Program-made: the position numbers and the translations under genes
The notes under the pieces: generated by a model
Database searches by the model: none
Seen by the model: the letters and a program-made list of their open reading frames with translations, nothing else
Told to the model about the DNA's origin: nothing
Origin: Octopus vulgaris
Lineage: Eukaryota
NCBI GenBank assembly: GCA_951406725.2
Contig: OX597814.1
Location: 67,332,001 to 67,396,000, forward strand
Direction: 5' to 3'
Length of the DNA: 64,000 nt
Part shown: one piece after another, positions 56,957-64,000 of the stretch
Layout: each line of letters opens with the position of its first letter
How positions within the stretch are numbered: the first letter of the stretch is position 1

Positions 56957-58582
56957 GTATGAATTACATGAATGTATATGTATATATATATACATTCATG
57001 CAGATATATACATACATAAACACACTCATACATTTCTACATACATGCACACATACATACATACGCACATACACACACTCATACATACGTACATACATATA
57101 TACATATGCATACATCTGTACATATATACACATATATACATATATACATGCATACACTTACATGCATGCATACATACATACATACATACATACACACATA
57201 CATGCATACATATCAATAGACTTACTAATAGATTTATATATTTAAGCACATGTACATACTTGTATGGATATATGTGTGTGCGCGTGTATATTTATATATA
57301 AGTACAAGTGAAATTAACATGCAAAAAATGAAAGAGCTACACAGATATATCACAATCTCTTTAGATTTCATTGCAGTGTCGGAAAGGCTTCCGTTGCACT
57401 AGCAGATATCTCACTATCCCAAGCCTTTTACCTTCCAAGCTGTACGCATTGCATGATTCATGCAGTGAAAACTGAATTAGTGAATGTTTGCAGATGCCAC
57501 ACTGGAATGGCCATAATTTGAATTTCCGAGTAGTTATCTTTTATGAAATGACCTCATGCAGTTGTAGACATACATAAATACATATATAATCAGCCGAAAT
57601 TACTACGATGATCCGGTTCTTGACTGAAGACTGAGGGTTTCGAATGTCCTGTCCGTGTTTATTGTATCGTCTTCAAAGAGTTATACGTTCTTGTCCATGT
57701 TGTATTTTTCTACATACCTTAATATATATATGTATATATATATATATATCTGTAAATATAATGTAACAATTATTCGGTAGCCAAGATAAAACTCTGAGTT
57801 TCGGATGCCGAAGTGAAAATCCACATCAGTTATCTGGCCATCTGAAAAATGCTTGTGTTATAGACCGCTATTTATACAAAAGCGCTATTTCGAATGACCG
57901 CTAATTAAGATTAAAAGTTCATAGTAAACGCGTATATATATATATAAATGATAAGGGTAAAAAACTGATATTAATCTGATTAATATCAAGTTAAACCAGT
58001 GGCCTAGCATATTGAAAAAATCTGAAGATTCAGAAAAATTATATTACATGCATATAAGCGGGATGACCACTAGGTGGACATGCAATATGCTAAATGTAGA
58101 CCCCATATGGTCTGACCATTAAAAAAAAATTGTCATGAAAATTCGGCAAACGCCGGAACGTAAGCGAGCAAGACAAATGAAAAGACACAAAATATAATGA
58201 TTAGTCACATACCAGGTTTCATTGTTACTGTTTACATATTTACATATGTAAGTGTCCGAAAATTATCAGTGCGACCGTCATAGAAAATATAAATTGCAGA
58301 ACTGTATACGAAAGAGAACATGCATTCAGTTGTCATATTTGGAGGCATGTTTCAAATGTCTTCGTTTTGGCGCACCAAAGCCGGGAATGATTCTGCAGAA
58401 AATAATTTTCTCATCGAAGCCTGCCGGTTAAAGAACATGGTTATTTAAATTTAAATAATAAGGGTAAAAAATTGAATATTAATTTGATTAGTATCAATTT
58501 AAACCGGCTTCCAGTATGCTAAATGTAGACCCCATATGGTCTACATTTAGCATATTGGATATCCACCTAGTGGTCATCACTC

Positions 58583-58682
<100 letters not shown>

Positions 58683-58765
58683 CATAAGGGGGATCAGCCA
58701 TCTGTGATCCCCCTTATGTTATAGAGCAGTTACTGTTTATATCTCGCTCAGAGATTTATTATTGT

Positions 58766-58823
<58 letters not shown>

Positions 58824-59420
58824 GTTTATTCTTTTACGTGTCTCGAACCTATTCGGAAATTTAGTAAGGCGGTTGGGGTTGAAAATGGTCCAAAAGTTTT
58901 TAATAGGAATGTGAAATTAGTAAAAACAGTGAAACGAATTTATTCCGTAAGAAAATTAGGGAAATATTTAAGGTTAAGAGGAGGTAATAACTAGGGTAAG
59001 GGACAAACTAGGGTTACATCGAACGTTGGACCTTAGCCTATCTCACTTCGGACAACAGGTGGAAAGGCTTAACCACATAAATGAATAAAAATTACACTTA
59101 ACCGATAAGCACTTTATTGTGATTAACACAATTAATTAATACTACAAACGTAATTATTATAAATTATTATGATTAATATAAAACCTTATTGTATCTTCAC
59201 CCCTTCTCCGTCTAAAACCTATTGGCGTATCTCACTGTTACATTTTGTTATTTTATTATTTATCTATCCTATCCCCACCGTACAAAGGATTAATCCACCA
59301 ATTGCTATTTTTGGTTTAGTCATTTACTTATCGTCCTAAAGAGATATGCAAACAAAATGGTATGATTACAACCATATTCAACTTTTTTTCTCTTTTTTCT
59401 CTATGCACTTCTTTATTTAT

Positions 59421-59541
59421 TCTTCACTCTGATGAAGCTCCATGTTTCAGATCGGTTTTATTACCAAATATGATAAATATTTTTAGCGTATCAGTGGCAA
59501 TACCACACAACATTGGAAGCAGAAACAGCTGTTAGATAGGA
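59421..59541 (+). ncRNA. Type I hammerhead motif with a long stem II insert
   Basis: CTGATGA 59429-59435, GCTCCA / TGGAAGC stem II, GAAA-CAGCTG-TT (palindromic stem III), stem I has 2 mismatches. Confidence 0.5.
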
Positions 59542-59796
59542 TGCAGTCTATTTGAATTGAATTAATAAGTAATAATTAATATAAGTCAATTGTTGTTCAT
59601 CGATATTTCTCCATTTCCTGCCTTCTTTAAATTTTGATTCTTGATAAACTCATGCTTATTCTTGTCTTTACCTATAATTTATGAGCATAATATGCTTACA
59701 TATGTATGCCCGTGGTTAAGTATAATTAATATACCGGTAGTGTAATGGATACTTCCAACCCTTAGACGGTTATTTTAACCTGTAAGTCAGCTAACC

Positions 59797-59827
<31 letters not shown>

Positions 59828-60503
59828 ATGTGCGCGCGCACGTCTGTTTGTGTGTATCTGTGTGTCTGTCTGTGTGTATACATATTTCTATTTTTCTGAG
59901 AAATAACTGGTGCTTTGTTAAAAAAATGCAACACAAATATGTGCAATACCTGTTTGGATACAATCAACAAGAAGTGTATGAATATGTCTTTCAGTAAAGC
60001 TTTTATTATTCTACTGGTTTGCTTAGAATATATATTTGCAAGATATATTTTACGTGATCACTTTGCTTGAAAGAAATTACTAGACATTTAAGACCGTCAA
60101 AGAAATATGCACTGGCATAACCAAATACCGCAATATTTGTAAATACATTAAGATTTTATCAACTTAAAGAGATAGCAGCTTTCAAAATACTTGTTCCTAA
60201 ATATTCCAATATTTTAAGAAGAGATATTTAACTATCATATGCGTTGACTGACGGTGCGAGTTTTGTTTTTTAATTTTGTTCAAATATCGGTTTCAAATTT
60301 TGCGCAAGGCCAGCAGTTCGGGGGAAGGGGTAAGATGATTAAATTCACCCCATTGCTCAACTGGTACTCTTTTTATACACCTCGAAAGGCAAAGTCGTGT
60401 TCGGCGGAAATTCTGTTAAAATATTAAGATGGCATAAAAACTCATATTTGATATTTGATATTAGAACTCTGACTAAAAAGTTTCCTCTATTTCGTTTCTC
60501 TAG

Positions 60504-60578
60504 GATTGTTGGAGAATATGGCACCAGATGGGGTAGAAACAACTGGGCTGCAAGTGGAGTATTTAGTAAAGGGTCCAT
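60504..60578 (+). CDS. Most diverged repeat mini-exon (75 nt with donor T|GTAGGT; 79 nt if AG|GTATAA at 60582 is used): (G)LLENMAPDGVETTGLQVEYLVKGP
   Basis: TTCGTTTCTCTAG acceptor; ~600 bp of upstream intron homologous to that of the other exons; open frame. Confidence 0.62.
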
Positions 60579-60678
60579 GTAGGTATAATATATATCAATG
60601 CATACACACACATAAACACATACATACGCACATACACACACACACGTACACACACATACTAACATACACATCCATATA

Positions 60679-61183
60679 TCTCTATATATAAAACTGAAAT
60701 GCGTTTTTACCGCTTGGATCGCTTTCAATGCTACTACGTCCCGTCCGATTCGCTCCAAAATTTACAGGGACATGTAGAATGAGGTGACGATGCCCGTGGG
60801 CTACCTTAGAAATCCCTATCTTAAAAGGTGTGGTTGCTAGGGGCCATCTTCCTCACTCACGCTATTTCCTCCATTCCCCCTAACTCCCCTTCATGAATAA
60901 CTTTGACAAGTCCACTACCGTTATTTAACGTATCTGTCTTCCTCAACTCACTCTCGGTATTTCCTCTCTTCCAAGAACATTTTCACTCACTCTATCTCTT
61001 AGCTTCCCATATCTTTCACTTATGTATCTGTCTGCATTCATTCAGAGAAACAAATATTCCATCGCCATCGCCATCGCATTCTATTGTCTACCTGTCAACG
61101 CGCCGATCGACCAAATACAAAGACAAGGTTCCCTGCTTACCAGTCGAATTCAGCGTCAACGCTCACGTATGAGAGAGACTCCA

Positions 61184-61220
<37 letters not shown>

Positions 61221-61784
61221 ATGTGTGCATTATGTGGTCCAATTTTATATTTTATATATTTTCTATATTATATTTTTATTTTTATGTTTTTGTTTTTGGT
61301 TTTTTACTGTTTCATTTGCCTATTACTGGTTTTATCTCCAATTTAATTTGTACATATATATACTCTTTACTCTTTACTCTTTTACTTGTTTCAGTAATTT
61401 GACTGCGGCCATGCTGGAGCACCGCCTTTAGTCGAGCAAATCGACCCCGGGACTTATTCTTTGTAAGCCCAGTACTTATTCTATCGGTCTCTTTTGCCGA
61501 ACCGCTAAGTAACGGGGACGTAAACACACCAGCATCGGTTGTCAAGCAATGCTAGGGGGACAAACACAGACACACAAACACACACATACATATACATATA
61601 TATGCATATATACGACAGGCTTCTTTCAGTTTCCGTCTACCAAATCCACTCACAAAGCTTTGGTCGGCCCGAGGCTATAGTAGAAGACACTTGCCCAAGG
61701 TGCCACGCAGTGGACTGAACTCGGAACCATGCGGTTGGTAAACAAGCTACTTACCACACAGCCACTCCTGTATATATAATGCGT

Positions 61785-61825
<41 letters not shown>

Positions 61826-62015
61826 TATATATATATATATAATGTGTGCATTATGTGGTCGGTCGGTTCAGCTGAAAATATGCACACCTATGTTAAAAGT
61901 ACTGGCAAGTTTGCATGACAACTATTTTTTCCTCAAATTAAAGGCGTGACCTCTACGACAAAATTCCTCATCTTATAAAATGTGGCCCCAGTAGACCCGA
62001 ATGAAATCGGGTTAT
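60679..62015 (+). mobile_element. Non-autonomous Helitron, same family as 24079-26149, 3'-truncated
   Basis: A|TCTCTATATATAAAACTGAAATGCG start; 61843-62015 is the reverse complement of ~25080-25250. Confidence 0.72.
61361..61770 (-). mobile_element. Full-length tRNA-derived SINE with a CORE-like motif
   Basis: Minus strand: A box TGGCTGTGTGG, B box GAGTTCAGTCC, CACCTTGGGCAAGTG core-like motif, GTAAAAGAGTAAAGAG tail. Confidence 0.85.
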
Positions 62016-63115
62016 ATTTTATACAGGTTTCTAGTTTTATCTGATTGTACTATAATTCCTTCCATATTACGCATTTCTTTAATTCTAATAGCTTGATTTG
62101 TTAGATATTCATTATGTCTATTTGAGTATTTATGAAATTTAATATTTTTCACCACCTTAGAAATATTATCCTCTAAAACCTGTATATCCCTATTATACAG
62201 GGGTTCATTTCTAGGTTTAAATTTAGAATTGATATAATTACTATTCTCTACATCGTTAACATTAGATATGTTACAATTATTGTAGTAGGTTTTGCATTTA
62301 ATCCTATTAATAAAATCTTTGATATTATTAAATTTCAAAATATTTTTTTTCAATATGGTATAGTAATATCCTTCAAAGATGAATCGCAAAATAGCGGTTC
62401 TATCTTACCTGTAAGTTCCATAACTAACGAAATTGAGAGTTAAATACACTCGATAAACGTTAGTTATAAATATAAATATAATAATAATAATAATAGTAGA
62501 GAATATAATTGCAAAAATTACGGGGGAAAATTCAAATTAACAATTTTAAATCAAATTTCACAGTATATAATATATGTATATAATTTAGAGAAAAATCTCT
62601 ATCAAACAATTCAATAATGAAAGATGTTATTCACACCATATAGAAAACATATACTAAAAAAACTTATTCTAAAACTCAATAAAGTACAATAAATAGTAAA
62701 TAGATAGTAATAAAAAAATCAATTCGATTTAAAATCAAATCGATCTAAAATTAATTCTATTAAAAATATAGTCACTCATCAGGTCTAAAATAAATAATTA
62801 AAAAATGATAATAGAATAAATGTACTTATCTTAACTTATACTAATTATCAAATAAATATATAAAAATGCGTCATCCTCTTTATAAAGTTCTACGTATTAC
62901 GTTTAAATTTTTAGTTAACAAAAATCCTTCGATAAGATAAGTTATGCTTTTCTTTTAAGAAATATTGTTAAATGCTTTTCGATTATTTATAGTTAATACA
63001 CGTATTTTTATATATTTATTTGATAATTAGTATAAGTTAAGATAAGTACATTTATTCTATTATTATTTTAAAAATTTATTTTAGACCTGATGAGTGACTT
63101 TTTAAATCGAATTGA

Positions 63116-63166
<51 letters not shown>

Positions 63167-63240
63167 CATCATATATTTGAAAATATAGCCATGAAACGCG
63201 TGTAGTCTTTTTACTACTATTTACTATTTATTGTATTTTA
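62012..63240. mobile_element. Penelope-like 5' ORF fragment (minus strand) with an inverted pLTR pair
   Basis: ORF 62012-62389 ends IIVQSDKTRNLY (the PLE DK motif); inverted repeat ~62680-62870 vs ~63010-63240 containing a hammerhead core. Confidence 0.6.
63083..63208 (+). ncRNA. Type I hammerhead motif with a (TTA)n tract in loop II
   Basis: AGAC-CTGATGA-GTGACT...AGCCAT-GAAA-CGCGTG-TA-GTCT. Confidence 0.55.
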
Positions 63241-63544
63241 TTCATCCGGGACAATAAAAATCTGCAAGATCTACTCAAGATTTCGTAGATGATGAGCAAA
63301 ACTAGATGCTTTTCTTCACAACTTTGCAATCAAAGTAGGTGGCCGGTCAAAACTGAAGCGAAGTAAACAAAAGAAAAAGAAAGTATGCCTAAATATATAC
63401 AATCATACACACATATCTATTAATATACTTATCTATACATAACGATTTCTGTGTATGTGCGTGTTTTAGTTTGTTAGATGAATTCATTCGTTTATCCCCA
63501 TTATTTTAATCTATAACTTTCATTAATACTTTTAACAAATCGGT

Positions 63545-64000
63545 CAATAATATAATTCTCCTTCATTGTTAAGGACTTCTTACCAACGTTCCACAAACTT
63601 GTCAATGTTTGACAGTAGAAATCACCGGGTTTTGACTGTAAGAATTCATCGAGCTTATTTTTCAGCTCCACGTTTTGTGGAACGAAAAGGTTGAATAGCT
63701 GAAGATGTTATATCAGGACAATTCGGATGGTGCGAAAGAATTTCCCAACCGAGCTCTTGAATAGCATTTTTGGTGAAATAAATGGCATGGGGGAAAGTGC
63801 TGTCATTGTTGAAGAAGTGCGCCATCTCACTGGTCTGCTCGCTTCAGCTGGATTGCCTCGTTGAGCCGATGCACTGATAGTGTAGTTGTTTTCAAGTATT
63901 TCGTTGAGGATTCACCCTTTCTATTCCAACCAAATGTAGATTATTGCCTTGCTTGGATACAGCTCTGGCTTGGCTCGAATTGTTGCTGGATATCGGGACT
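63545..64000 (-). mobile_element. Mariner transposase 3' remnant (continues beyond the window)
   Basis: Minus strand TKNAIQELGWEILSHHPNCPDI...FRS...IDKFVERW*EVLNNEGE. Confidence 0.75.

Overview
AT-rich, microsatellite-saturated eukaryotic DNA; the SINE families and repeat landscape suggest a cephalopod, probably Octopus (inferred, not verified). Almost all ORFs in the track are microsatellite read-through or transposon remnants. The main structure the ORF track misses is an internal part of one + strand gene. It consists of at least 17 intact paralogous symmetric phase-1 mini-exons (14 x 78 nt, 1 x 63 nt, 2 x 75 nt; ...YYTCTAG|AATTCGAGGAG...GAGACACCAG|GTA). Each encodes a ~26-aa Glu-rich module (consensus ~[26 protein letters not shown]), about 435 aa in total, spread over 9.9-60.6 kb. 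There is also one pseudo-exon with both splice sites dead. Eight exons sit in a recent, mosaic 3.6-4.6 kb tandem duplication (9464-23105). Introns are filled with Penelope-like elements carrying type I hammerhead ribozyme motifs, a HERO-like RLE non-LTR element with ~190-bp terminal direct repeats, R4/Dong-like and CR1-like fragments, Tc1/mariner, MULE and Merlin-like TIR elements, non-autonomous Helitrons, palindromic MITEs and several tRNA-derived SINEs. No start or stop exon of the host gene is visible, so the gene cannot be named.
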